A DNA stretch of 64,000 nt from Gammaproteobacteria bacterium. GTDB lineage: Bacteria; Pseudomonadota; Gammaproteobacteria; UBA4575. The translations under genes and the position numbers were made by a program. Shown piece by piece: positions 9,734 through 19,666 of the stretch; position 1 is the first letter of the stretch; each line of letters begins with the position of its first letter. The notes under the pieces are model-generated. The model saw only the letters and a program-made list of their open reading frames with translations. It did not search any database and had not been told where the DNA came from. The DNA is taken from positions 672,001 through 736,000 of the forward strand of contig CBDEUS010000001.1 in the NCBI GenBank assembly GCA_965243395.1, given 5' to 3'.

Positions 9734-10516
9734 ATGAACAAGCTATACGTCTTTCTTGGATTTTGCTTATTTGTGGTTTCTTCATGGACAGTAGCTGAGG
9801 AAGCAGAGCTGCTAGATTCTTATCTTGAAAGTTTGCCTAGCACAACCTCATCTCAAAACTTGCGTGCTGAAACTCTCGTTGTAGATGAGTCAGCAGAAGT
9901 AATTATAGAAGAGAGTAACCAAACGCAAGGTTCTGTTCAGCCTCAGACAATCGAATATCGCAGAATTAGTACAGCTGATGGAAGTGAGGTATATAAAGAA
10001 GTACCGGATAAGGTCGCAACACCTGCTACTGAAATTGTTAATGAGACCGATGCCGAAGTGAGCTTGGATAGTTCAAATAAAGCGGTGAGTCCGATAGGTG
10101 TAGCTAATAATCAGGCACCTGCACAGGATACTGATAATTTTGAACTCATTGAGCTTGAACCTGATGATGGTGATTACAAAGCTATTGAAGCGCACGAGAA
10201 TCAGACAACACGTGTGGTCACAACAAGTAATGCTGTTTCATCTGGAGCCACTTTTTGCCAGCAAAACCCCTATGCACGTGAATGTTTGTTATCAAAATAC
10301 TTAAGTTTGTGTAAAAAAGACCCTCAGTCTGAAGCTTGCAAAAGTGAGCTACAAAAGTTCGATCGTTTTTGTGGAATTTTCCCTCGTGCATATAAGTGCA
10401 AAAAAGCTAAGATTGCAGCCAGCTGCAAGCAGGACCCAAGTGCTGATGAGTGCAAGACCTTCACACAAAAGTACTGTCAATCATTCCCTAAAGCGATTTT
10501 TTGTAAATATAATTAG
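9734..10516 (+). CDS. Secreted protein with acidic low-complexity linker and five C-terminal CxxxPxxxxC repeats
   Basis: Signal peptide, Glu/Ser/Thr-rich middle, 10 Cys in five regular pairs; AGGTGG SD. Confidence 0.75.
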   Translation: MNKLYVFLGFCLFVVSSWTVAEEAELLDSYLESLPSTTSSQNLRAETLVVDESAEVIIEESNQTQGSVQPQTIEYRRISTADGSEVYKEVPDKVATPATEIVNETDAEVSLDSSNKAVSPIGVANNQAPAQDTDNFELIELEPDDGDYKAIEAHENQTTRVVTTSNAVSSGATFCQQNPYARECLLSKYLSLCKKDPQSEACKSELQKFDRFCGIFPRAYKCKKAKIAASCKQDPSADECKTFTQKYCQSFPKAIFCKYN

Positions 10517-10679
10517 GCGCCTGTAAAGCTTATATAAGCCCAGATATATATTCGGGGCTAGTATGTTTTAGCCGCTTTTTTGTCGGCAAATAGTGTCATT
10601 TAGCCCTGAGAGGGGCTTCAGTCTTGGTCTAACTATAGGTAATTTATAGGCTTCAATACACTCAAATGGAGTTTGAGTA

Positions 10680-10844
10680 ATGCCTAGCGCCATACCTCTA
10701 CAAGCAGAAGATCGATCAGTATTAATGAGAAATTTTCTAAAAAGAATTGTTAATAATGATCTACGTTCTAAGCAAATCTTCAGAATGTATTTCGACCGTA
10801 AAGAAATTTCTGAAGAGCAATTTTACCAAGCGATATCAAACTGA
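10680..10844 (+). CDS. Putative 54-aa small protein (not in the ORF track)
   Basis: GGAG SD at 10668-10671, ATG 10680, TGA 10842; MPSAIPLQAEDRSVLMRNFLKRIVNNDLRSKQIFRMYFDRKEISEEQFYQAISN. Confidence 0.5.
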   Translation: MPSAIPLQAEDRSVLMRNFLKRIVNNDLRSKQIFRMYFDRKEISEEQFYQAISN

Positions 10845-11026
10845 TTGTTACGAGTAAATCTAACCTCCTAGTTGTTTATTAAAAATTATTTTCTTATAGC
10901 TATTACTCGATAGTAATACATTCTTCTCTTTTCAAACCTGTTTAAATTATATTAGATTACTGGTTGAGATATGCTCTCGACCTGGCTGGCAACTTTTATC
11001 TTTTAGCTAATACTATTTATATATAA

Positions 11027-13915
11027 ATGGACATTCAGTTCGTACCTGGACAGCGATGGGTGAGCAATACAGAACCTGAGCTAGGTTTAGGAATTGTAAT
11101 GGACATTGCAAATCGCCGTGTGACTGTCAGTTTTCCAGCCGTAGGGGAAAGAAGAACATATGCCGTTGGTAACGCGCCTTTGAGTCGTGTTCATTACGAA
11201 GTGGGTGAGAATGTCAGTAACGCGGATGGCGTTAGTTTCACGGTATCTGCAATTGATGAGCAAGGTGGTTACTTGACTTATCAAGGTATAGATGAGGAGG
11301 GTAATCAATATAGCCTGGAAGAAATTGACTTGGAAAGTTTCGTGCAGTTTAGTCGACCTCAAGACCGACTATTTGCGGGTCAGATAGATAAGAACAAAAG
11401 CTTTTCGTTACGTGTAGAAACACTGTTACATCTACATCGTTTGCAAATATCTCCCAGTTACGGATTTTTAGGTCCACGTGTGCAGTTATTACCACATCAA
11501 CTTTATATTGCTTCACAAGTTGCTAAGCGCTATGCCCCTAGAGTGTTATTAGCAGATGAAGTCGGTTTGGGTAAAACCATTGAAGCGGGTTTGATTTTAC
11601 ATCAACAAATCATTACAGGTGCCGCAACCAGAGTATTAATAGTGGTACCGGATAGCCTAGTACATCAATGGTTAGTCGAAATGTCACGCCGCTTTAATTT
11701 ACAGTTCACAATTTTGGATGAAGAGCGTTGTCTGGCGCTTGAAGAAGCAGAGCATGGAAATCCTTTTGAGACTGCTCAGTGTGTGTTATGTGCACTATCA
11801 TTATTAACAAATAACACGCAACGTTTTGAGCAATCGCTCGCGGTAGACTGGGATTTGTTAATTGTTGACGAGGCTCATCATCTAACCTGGTCAAAAGAAA
11901 ATGTTAGCAAGGCTTATCAGTGTGTTGAAACATTGGCTAACAACGTATCTGGTTTATTGTTACTCACTGCAACACCAGAACAATTAGGTGTTGATGGACA
12001 TTTTGCGCGTTTACGATTATTAGATCCAGATCGATATTACGATTTAGAAAAATACCGATTGGAAGAAAAGAGCTACAAACCTATAAACGAGTTAGTGCAA
12101 AAACTACTGACAGAAAATATACATGATTTGATCAAGCAAGATACAGATTTATTTAAGGAAATTACTTCTTATTTAGGCGAGGATGTTGCAAACAAATTTC
12201 AAGTTTCATTAGAAGAAAATAATTCTAAACAAGTATCGAATGATTTGATACAAGCTATTTTAGATCGTCATGGAACGGGTCGAGTGCTCTTTCGAAATAC
12301 ACGTGATGTTGTAGAAGGGTTTCCACAACGTGAGTTACACAAATATGAATTAGATCCACCTCAGGAAATGATAGAGATCATCACAAATGAGAACACTCAA
12401 GAGACAAACAATGAGTTAGTGGTTTCATGTTTACAGACAGAAACTCAGTTTGGGGCAGAGTGGTTAAAACTAGATTCACGTGTGAAATGGCTTGCTGACT
12501 GGTTACTTGAAAATAGAAATGAAAAAGTATTAATTATTTGCGCACATGCAAAAACTGCTAGTGAGCTCGAAAGTCACCTACAGCAGCAATTTGCCATACG
12601 TTCAGCAGTATTTCATGAAAACTTGGATTTAATTGCAAGAGATCGTGCTGCCGCTTATTTTGCAGATGAAGAAGAGGGCGCACAAGTGCTCATTTGTTCA
12701 GAAATTGGTAGTGAAGGGCGAAATTTTCAGTTTGCACATCATTTAATATTATTTGACTTGCCAATGAATGCAGACTTGCTTGAGCAAAGAATTGGACGAT
12801 TAGACCGTATTGGGCAACTGCAAACTGTGCAAATTCACGTACCTTATTTCAAAAATAGTGCGCAGGAAAAATTATTACGCTGGTACGATGAGGGTTTGAA
12901 TGCATTTAGACAGGTGTGCTCAATTGGTAATGCAATCTATCAAATATTTTCAGAGCGACTAGAAGAATGCTTGCTTAACCAAACCGATAGCCCAACATTT
13001 GAAAATCTTATTGAAGAAACTAAGAATAAAGCTGATGAAATGCAACTAGTGCTACAACAAGGGCGTGATCGCTTGCTAGAACTTAATTCTTGTAATCCGG
13101 AACAAGCTGCACAGATAGTTGAGGAAATTTTAAATTCGACAAATCAGTTAGAGTTGGCAGACTATATGGAGCGCGTATGTGATCAATTCGGTGTTGAGCA
13201 GCAGTATCATAGTTTACATAGTGTCGTGTTGCAGCCGGGTGACCATATGCATGGACATACTTTCCCTGGACTTCCAGAAGATGGATTAACTGCAACATAT
13301 GATCGTGCCAAAGCGCTAGTGCGTGAGGATATGCAATTCCATACATGGGAACATCCTATGGTAACAGGCAGTATGGATATGATTCTATCAGGGGAGTTTG
13401 GTAATGCCACATTATGTACACTTAAACTGCAAGCCTTCAAGCCAAGTACAGTTTTGCTTGAATGCATATTCACAATACAATGTGCGGCGCCTAAAGTATT
13501 TCGATTAGATCATTATTTTTCACAAGCAATTATTCGTGTATTGATAGATCAAAAACATAACGATTTAGGTAAGGTATTAACTTCAGAACATATGGATCGA
13601 ATGGCTGAGCGTGTTAAGAAAAATGTAGCGCAAAATATAATTCGTCATGCTAGAAAACAAATAAATCAGTTAATTGATCATGCGAGTAGCATAGCTGAAG
13701 TGGAAATGCAGAACATTGTTAGACATGCTTCCGAGGCGATGGAAAAAGAGCAGGAAGCAGAATTGCAACGTTTGGTTTCATTGTCTAAAGTGAACCCGAA
13801 TATACGACAAGAAGAAATTGATTACTTAAGAAATACTACAGTGCACATGCATGAATTGATGCAACATGCCAGCTTAAAACTAGATGCCATTCGGGTGGCT
13901 ATTACTCGTCACTGA
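11027..13915 (+). CDS. rapA: RNA polymerase-associated SWI2/SNF2 ATPase RapA (HepA)
   Basis: GQRWVSNTEPELGLG start, LLADEVGLGKTIEAG, DEAHH, LLTATPEQLG, SEIGSEGRNFQF, EQRIGRLDRIGQ. Confidence 0.97.
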   Translation: MDIQFVPGQRWVSNTEPELGLGIVMDIANRRVTVSFPAVGERRTYAVGNAPLSRVHYEVGENVSNADGVSFTVSAIDEQGGYLTYQGIDEEGNQYSLEEIDLESFVQFSRPQDRLFAGQIDKNKSFSLRVETLLHLHRLQISPSYGFLGPRVQLLPHQLYIASQVAKRYAPRVLLADEVGLGKTIEAGLILHQQIITGAATRVLIVVPDSLVHQWLVEMSRRFNLQFTILDEERCLALEEAEHGNPFETAQCVLCALSLLTNNTQRFEQSLAVDWDLLIVDEAHHLTWSKENVSKAYQCVETLANNVSGLLLLTATPEQLGVDGHFARLRLLDPDRYYDLEKYRLEEKSYKPINELVQKLLTENIHDLIKQDTDLFKEITSYLGEDVANKFQVSLEENNSKQVSNDLIQAILDRHGTGRVLFRNTRDVVEGFPQRELHKYELDPPQEMIEIITNENTQETNNELVVSCLQTETQFGAEWLKLDSRVKWLADWLLENRNEKVLIICAHAKTASELESHLQQQFAIRSAVFHENLDLIARDRAAAYFADEEEGAQVLICSEIGSEGRNFQFAHHLILFDLPMNADLLEQRIGRLDRIGQLQTVQIHVPYFKNSAQEKLLRWYDEGLNAFRQVCSIGNAIYQIFSERLEECLLNQTDSPTFENLIEETKNKADEMQLVLQQGRDRLLELNSCNPEQAAQIVEEILNSTNQLELADYMERVCDQFGVEQQYHSLHSVVLQPGDHMHGHTFPGLPEDGLTATYDRAKALVREDMQFHTWEHPMVTGSMDMILSGEFGNATLCTLKLQAFKPSTVLLECIFTIQCAAPKVFRLDHYFSQAIIRVLIDQKHNDLGKVLTSEHMDRMAERVKKNVAQNIIRHARKQINQLIDHASSIAEVEMQNIVRHASEAMEKEQEAELQRLVSLSKVNPNIRQEEIDYLRNTTVHMHELMQHASLKLDAIRVAITRH

Positions 13916-13922
13916 TACCACT

Positions 13923-14297
13923 ATGGCAGAAATTCATGAATTAGAACAATTTTGCAGCCAAACACATGAAATTTTATTGGCCGCAACAAAAGACTTGCCT
14001 ATTCCAGATAAAGATAAAGTGCGAGATGTTCGAAAAATAATTTCGGTATTTACATATAGTGTAGTAAAGGAGCTATCTGCTGGCCATGATGTACACGCTG
14101 ACGATATCTATTTGCGTTATTTAATGGGCGGTGGTCTTAATGCTGAACAAGCGCGTGTTATCGTAGATCGTACTCGTGATGAATTTACACAAAGAGAATT
14201 TGGTCAGGACTGTATGTTGCTTGCTAAAGATGTAATCCATAAATGGCAAAGTGGGGATAAAGATATAAAAGATGGTCTACATAAACTACTAATGTAA
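13923..14297 (+). CDS. Hypothetical helical protein
   Basis: ORF tightly packed between rapA and srkA (7 and 4 nt gaps with ATG 13923). Confidence 0.65.
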   Translation: MAEIHELEQFCSQTHEILLAATKDLPIPDKDKVRDVRKIISVFTYSVVKELSAGHDVHADDIYLRYLMGGGLNAEQARVIVDRTRDEFTQREFGQDCMLLAKDVIHKWQSGDKDIKDGLHKLLM

Positions 14298-14301
14298 TAC
14301 C

Positions 14302-15315
14302 ATGGACAATACTCAAGAGACAGAAACTAGTCTTAATGCCCATCCATTCGATCGTTTAACACCTGATTTTATTTTAAATGCTGTTGATCACTATGGTTAT
14401 GTTAGTGATGGAAGAATATTAGCGCTAAATAGTTATGAAAACCGTGTGTATCAAATCGGTATTGAAAACAATGAACCGATTATTGCTAAATTTTATCGTC
14501 CTGAACGTTGGAGCGATGAACAAATACTTGAAGAACATAAACTTTGCGCTGAGCTAATAGACCAAGAACTTCCGGTTGTTCCACCATTAGAAATAAATAA
14601 TGAGACTTTATTTCAATATGGCGATTTTCGTTTAGCAATGTATCCCAGAAAAGGCGGACATGCACCAGAATTAGATAACTTAGAAAATTTATATACTATG
14701 GGACGTTTTTTAGGGCGAATGCATACAGTTGGCGCAAGAACGGCGTTTCAATGTCGACCAACCATTACATGTAAACATTATGGTCATGAAAGTGCTGCTT
14801 TAATTGAAGAGAAATTTATCCCTGATCACATAAGATTGTCTTATCAAGCTGTAGTAGCAGAGATTTTAAAGTTAATAGATGAAATTTATTGTGATGAAAA
14901 TATTTCTGAACATATCAGAGTACATGGTGATTGCCATGTCGGAAATATACTATGGCGCGACGATGCCCCGCATTTTATAGATTTTGACGATTCCAGAATG
15001 GCGCCAGCGATACAAGATGTATGGATGCTGTTATCTGGTGACCGTGTTCGACAAACAGCACAATTAAATGAAATTGCAGATGGTTATAATGAATTTTCTG
15101 AATTTCCACTTCAGCAAATTAAATATATTGAATCACTTAGAACATTGCGAATCATGTATTTTAGCGCTTGGATTGCAAAACGCTGGGACGATCCCGCATT
15201 TCCACGCGCGTTTCCATGGTTCAATACTACTCAATATTGGGAGCAGCATATATTGGACTTGCGCGAACAATTAGGCGAATTAAATGAACCTGCATTGACT
15301 ATATTTGGACATTAA
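14302..15315 (+). CDS. srkA: Stress response Ser/Thr kinase SrkA (RdoA/YihE)
   Basis: ALNSYENRVYQ, KFYRPERWS, HGDCHVGNIL, DFDD, RWDDPAFPRAFPWF. Confidence 0.95.
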   Translation: MDNTQETETSLNAHPFDRLTPDFILNAVDHYGYVSDGRILALNSYENRVYQIGIENNEPIIAKFYRPERWSDEQILEEHKLCAELIDQELPVVPPLEINNETLFQYGDFRLAMYPRKGGHAPELDNLENLYTMGRFLGRMHTVGARTAFQCRPTITCKHYGHESAALIEEKFIPDHIRLSYQAVVAEILKLIDEIYCDENISEHIRVHGDCHVGNILWRDDAPHFIDFDDSRMAPAIQDVWMLLSGDRVRQTAQLNEIADGYNEFSEFPLQQIKYIESLRTLRIMYFSAWIAKRWDDPAFPRAFPWFNTTQYWEQHILDLREQLGELNEPALTIFGH

Positions 15316-15317
15316 AC

Positions 15318-15530
15318 ATGAGTGTTAATGAACAACAAATTATCGAATTAGAAACGAAAGTATCTTATCAAGAAGATTTAATTCAAGAGCTTAATAATCA
15401 CGTAATTGAGCAACAGCGACAGATTGATACATTAACAAGCTTATGTGAACGACTAAAAGAGCAACTAAAAGAAATAATGTTAAATATGCCCGATCTTGCA
15501 CCCGGTGATGAAAAGCCGCCTCATTACTAA
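15318..15530 (+). CDS. slyX: SlyX protein
   Basis: LETKVSYQED..ELN coiled coil and C-terminal EKPPHY. Confidence 0.93.
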   Translation: MSVNEQQIIELETKVSYQEDLIQELNNHVIEQQRQIDTLTSLCERLKEQLKEIMLNMPDLAPGDEKPPHY

Positions 15531-15551
15531 ATAATTTTTACAAGTAAGAAA

Positions 15552-16292
15552 TTAATAATAACTTTCAGGCAGCCACCCGCCAGTGGTTTGTAATGGTTTT
15601 AAATTAGTACTATTACTTACCCATATGGCTAAGGCGTATTTCTCTGCAGCAGGCATAACTTCTTCAGGTAAAGTTAATTCCCAATTTTGATCTGTGCTGA
15701 CATATTTGGTATGTGAAAGGAGTACGAAATCTTCATGCAGCACACGATTAGAGTTTTCTCCTGCTTTTATGTGAGTTTGATAACCAAAACCTAAAATACC
15801 AACGTTAAGAGTAGCATCACTGATTGGTGTTGATGTTTGATAAGATACACTAAGAGTATTTTCTTTGAGTAATGCATTTAATGAGCCTGCTTCATTGCCA
15901 ACGGAAGGCACTTTGCGACCAAACCGACCTCTCCATTCTTTACCGTTAAGAAAAAATCCTGGAGTGTAAACAACTTTTACGTTGCCTTGCGCTCGATGTA
16001 ATCGCTGGCGATCAGAATATTCAGCTTTAGAAAAACTATCTTTCCAGCCAAGGTAATCCCAATAATCCACATGAAATGCAATAGGTACAAATTCACTCCA
16101 TAAACCAGGCTCGTTTTTAAGATTGTTCAAATATTTGTCTGCGGGTGGACAACTGCTACAACCCTGTGATGTGTAAAGTTCAATTAAGGCTACTTGCTTA
16201 TTTCCGCTTTTAAATTCGATTTCCTGACTATAGGAAATTTGCATGAGGCAAGAAATGATAAGGAAAAGTGTAATCAGAGCGTGTTTAAACAT
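15552..16292 (-). CDS. DUF1223 family exported thioredoxin-like protein
   Basis: ELYTSQGCSSCPPAD, FHVDYWDYLGWKD, VYTP, GEN..R.L motifs. Confidence 0.9.
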   Translation of the reverse strand: MFKHALITLFLIISCLMQISYSQEIEFKSGNKQVALIELYTSQGCSSCPPADKYLNNLKNEPGLWSEFVPIAFHVDYWDYLGWKDSFSKAEYSDRQRLHRAQGNVKVVYTPGFFLNGKEWRGRFGRKVPSVGNEAGSLNALLKENTLSVSYQTSTPISDATLNVGILGFGYQTHIKAGENSNRVLHEDFVLLSHTKYVSTDQNWELTLPEEVMPAAEKYALAIWVSNSTNLKPLQTTGGWLPESYY

Positions 16293-16520
16293 GAAGTGAT
16301 CCTTTAAGTAGGTTTGGATAAATGATGAATTAGTTGAGTTTTATTAAATGAATATTTAACACAAGGTTAGCAAAGAGGGTTCATTCGTACTGACGCGTCA
16401 GGAGCACTTTGATTGTTTGTGTTTTTACATTATTCTTAATATGGAAATTATTTATAAAATAGTAACTATTTCATAAATAGCAACTACTTATCACAATAAG
16501 ACCGACTAAGGGAGCCAAAT

Positions 16521-17309
16521 ATGACAGATCAAAATCCATATCAAGCGCCTGATGCAAATCTCACAGAGGGTACGAGGGGGCCTGATGTCGAGTTAGCCGT
16601 AACAGGGATCAAATCTTTACCAGTAGGGTCGGGGGTACAGTGGGTTAAAGATTCATTTGGATTATTTATGCAAAGTCCATTAATTTGGATAATACTCATC
16701 ATTTTATGGTTTGTATTAAATTTTGTTGGCCAAATAATTCCAATCATAGGGCCTCTTGCGATGTCACTATTATATGCCGTATTTGTGGCAGGATTTATGT
16801 TGGGTTGTGCTGCATTAGAGCGCGGAGATGAATTGGAAGTTGGCCATTTATTTGCGGGTTTTAAAAAAAATACAGGTTCACTAATTGGTTTAGGCGCAAT
16901 TTATCTAGGGGTTGTAATAGGTTTTGCAATTATTTTCGGTATCATCGTTTTAGGTGGCATAGGCGGAATAGGTGCTTTAACCAATCCTGATTCGACAGCA
17001 GCCGCGCAACTACTAAGTTCTGGTCTCTTGATGACAATACTCATTGCAAGTTTGTTTTTTATACCCATTATCATGATGTTTTGGTTCGCGCCTCCACTCA
17101 TTGCGCTTGGTGGTGTGCCATTAATAGAATCACTGAAAATGAGTTTTATGGGATGTTTGAAAAATATATTACCGATGTTCATTTTCGGTTTGATAATGGT
17201 GATTCTAACCATTATTGCGGTTATTCCGTTTGGTCTTGGGCTACTAGTGGTAGTCCCAATGTGGACGGCAGCTTTTTACATCGCATACCGAGCAATTTAT
17301 ACAGGCTAG
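16521..17309 (+). CDS. BPSS1780-family membrane protein
   Basis: NPYQAP N-terminus, G.QWVK.SF.LF, WFAP.L, IPFGLGLLVVVP. Confidence 0.8.
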   Translation: MTDQNPYQAPDANLTEGTRGPDVELAVTGIKSLPVGSGVQWVKDSFGLFMQSPLIWIILIILWFVLNFVGQIIPIIGPLAMSLLYAVFVAGFMLGCAALERGDELEVGHLFAGFKKNTGSLIGLGAIYLGVVIGFAIIFGIIVLGGIGGIGALTNPDSTAAAQLLSSGLLMTILIASLFFIPIIMMFWFAPPLIALGGVPLIESLKMSFMGCLKNILPMFIFGLIMVILTIIAVIPFGLGLLVVVPMWTAAFYIAYRAIYTG

Positions 17310-17324
17310 CAAATGCTAGAAAGC

Positions 17325-18629
17325 TTAAAGTTTACTTGAGCGTTTTATATTTAAATACTCATTAACCAGATAAGTAGGTAATTGTTCAGCAGAGACATCT
17401 AGGCAAATTACGCCTAGGTGTCTTAGTTTACGGTGATTTTCTTCACGTTGATGTAGAAATTGTTCGGTTGCATGAAAATTTAGTGCACTATCCAAGTCAG
17501 TTACATTTTGTTTTTGCATATCATTTAAAGATTCTTCACGCAAATCTGCAAGTATTACTAAATGTCTAACGCTAAGTAGTTGAATTGCTGCTAAAAGATT
17601 TTCATAATCATCGTCGCGAGTATTGGTGATGAAAACGATCAATGAGCGTCTTCTTTGGTATCGCAACACGTCTTGTGCGACAGCTAAATAATCAGCAGAA
17701 TGCAAAGTTGAGGGTAAGTCGTAAGTTTTATGTAACAAATTGTTAACGACTTGAGGACCTTTTTTGGGAGGCACCCAGCGTTCTTCGCCAGCAAATGATT
17801 TAAATCCAACCGCATCACCTTGTTGCACTGCTACATAGGCTAATAAAAGCATAGAATTAATTGCTTGATCAAGATGAGTATAGTCTTCGTCTGCATGACG
17901 CATTCTTCGGCCACAATCCAATAAGAATACGATTTGTTGATCGCGTTCGTCCTGGTACTCTTTAGAAATTAGTTTGTTTAATCTTGAGCTTGCTTTCCAA
18001 TCAATTTGTTTAAGACTGTCGCCTACGTGATACTCACGTAGTTGATGAAAATCATTACCTTCGCCTCGGCGTTGTCTTTTTTTAATACCTAGTTGACTTA
18101 ATCGATTATCTGTTGCTAATAAAATATATTTACTAATAGAAGCAAAGTTTGGAAAAACTCTGACCGTTTTTTCATTTTGATAAAAAAATTTACGTAGCCA
18201 TAAACGTAAAGGTGAGTGCTGGAGTATATCTGTGCCTTTAAAGCTGTAATCACCGCGAGAAAGAGGTTTTACTCGGTATTGCAATTCAGCACGTTCATTT
18301 GGTTTTAGACTAAATTTTTCAGGCAAGCTTCCAATTTTAAATTCTGCAGGATAATGGTCATGTGCCAGTAAGTCCAAATGACTTGAAGATTGATTACGAA
18401 TAGTTTGTTTTACTTTACTCCATGTGTAAATTGGCAAATTGTGGTTAATTTCATGTTTGATTTTTATATTAGGTTTATTAAATACTGCAGCAGCATCGAT
18501 CAATAAAATGCATATAAACCCTATACCTATAATTTTCCAAAATATAACCAAGCCGGGGTAAAAAGCAGCAATTAAGCCTATGAGCAACCACAGCATTGCT
18601 ATCCACAAAGTTATTTTTGCCGGTCTCAC
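17325..18629 (-). CDS. DUF58 / vWA-like MoxR partner
   Basis: GEGNDFHQLREYHVGD..KQIDWKASSR, LLDCGRRM MIDAS-like motif. Confidence 0.9.
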   Translation of the reverse strand: MRPAKITLWIAMLWLLIGLIAAFYPGLVIFWKIIGIGFICILLIDAAAVFNKPNIKIKHEINHNLPIYTWSKVKQTIRNQSSSHLDLLAHDHYPAEFKIGSLPEKFSLKPNERAELQYRVKPLSRGDYSFKGTDILQHSPLRLWLRKFFYQNEKTVRVFPNFASISKYILLATDNRLSQLGIKKRQRRGEGNDFHQLREYHVGDSLKQIDWKASSRLNKLISKEYQDERDQQIVFLLDCGRRMRHADEDYTHLDQAINSMLLLAYVAVQQGDAVGFKSFAGEERWVPPKKGPQVVNNLLHKTYDLPSTLHSADYLAVAQDVLRYQRRRSLIVFITNTRDDDYENLLAAIQLLSVRHLVILADLREESLNDMQKQNVTDLDSALNFHATEQFLHQREENHRKLRHLGVICLDVSAEQLPTYLVNEYLNIKRSSKL

Positions 18630-18661
18630 AATAATCTCGTGACTAGGTAAATTTATTGAGT

Positions 18662-19666
18662 TTAAACTCTAGGTGCTTCAACTTCTTGAAGGATGTCGTC
18701 GATCACTCTGTCTATCGGATAACCTTCAATTTCAAGATCTGCACTAAGTACAATTCGATGGCGCAGCACATTAGGAGCAACGTTTTTTACATCATCTGGG
18801 GTAACAAAGTTGTTGCCATTAATGAGTGCATTGGCACGTGCAGCACGTAATAACGCAATACTGCCACGGGGTCCTGAACCAATATCAATACCGTTACGGT
18901 TTCGTGTTGCCGCAGCAATACGCACCGTATATTGGATGATTTGTTCATCAATATGTAATTTCGCAGCCGCATTTTGTAGTACAACTACTTGTTCTGGTGT
19001 TAATTGTTGTTGAACAGCAGATACATCAAGTTTGTCCCCAATACTCTGAGAAGTGACTTGTTTCACTATGTTTACTTCATCTTCATGTTTTGGATAATCA
19101 ATTTTAATTTTAAGTAAAAATCGATCCAATTGTGCTTCCGGTAAAGGATACGTGCCTTCTTGTTCAACGGGGTTTTGGGTAGCCAATACTAAGAATGGTT
19201 CTTTAAGTTGAAATGATTGGCCTTCAATCGTTACTTGTTGTTCTTGCATAACCTCCAATAAAGAGGATTGTGTTTTTGCTGGTGCGCGGTTGATCTCATC
19301 AGCTAATAAAAAATTACAAAATACTGGTCCACGTCTGACTTTAAATTCTGTAGTTTTCATGTCATACATAACATGTCCAGTAACATCGCTTGGCATGAGG
19401 TCGGGTGTAAATTGAACACGACTGAATTTTCCACCAACTGCTGTAGCTAAAGAACGCACCAAAAGTGTTTTACCAGTGCCTGGTACACCTTCGATCAATG
19501 CATGGCCTGCAGCAATAAGAGTTACCAAAACCTGTTGAACTACATTATCTTGCCCGACTACGGCAGATGATATTGCATTTTCCAGTTTTTTGATTTGTTC
19601 TGTAATAGTTTGTAAATCAAAATTTTCAGAGTTGCTACTCATGTTTTCGTTCATTGGAGTATCCAT
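18662..19666 (-). CDS. moxR: MoxR family AAA+ ATPase
   Basis: EGVPGTGKT, RVQFTPDLMPSD, LADEINRAPAKTQS, ATQNPVEQEGTYPLPEAQLDRF. Confidence 0.95.
   Translation of the reverse strand: MDTPMNENMSSNSENFDLQTITEQIKKLENAISSAVVGQDNVVQQVLVTLIAAGHALIEGVPGTGKTLLVRSLATAVGGKFSRVQFTPDLMPSDVTGHVMYDMKTTEFKVRRGPVFCNFLLADEINRAPAKTQSSLLEVMQEQQVTIEGQSFQLKEPFLVLATQNPVEQEGTYPLPEAQLDRFLLKIKIDYPKHEDEVNIVKQVTSQSIGDKLDVSAVQQQLTPEQVVVLQNAAAKLHIDEQIIQYTVRIAAATRNRNGIDIGSGPRGSIALLRAARANALINGNNFVTPDDVKNVAPNVLRHRIVLSADLEIEGYPIDRVIDDILQEVEAPRV

Noticed and set aside
11027-13915. SNF2 helicase as part of a defence system (DISARM/Zorya-like)
   Set aside because: It is a full-length canonical RapA in a housekeeping context
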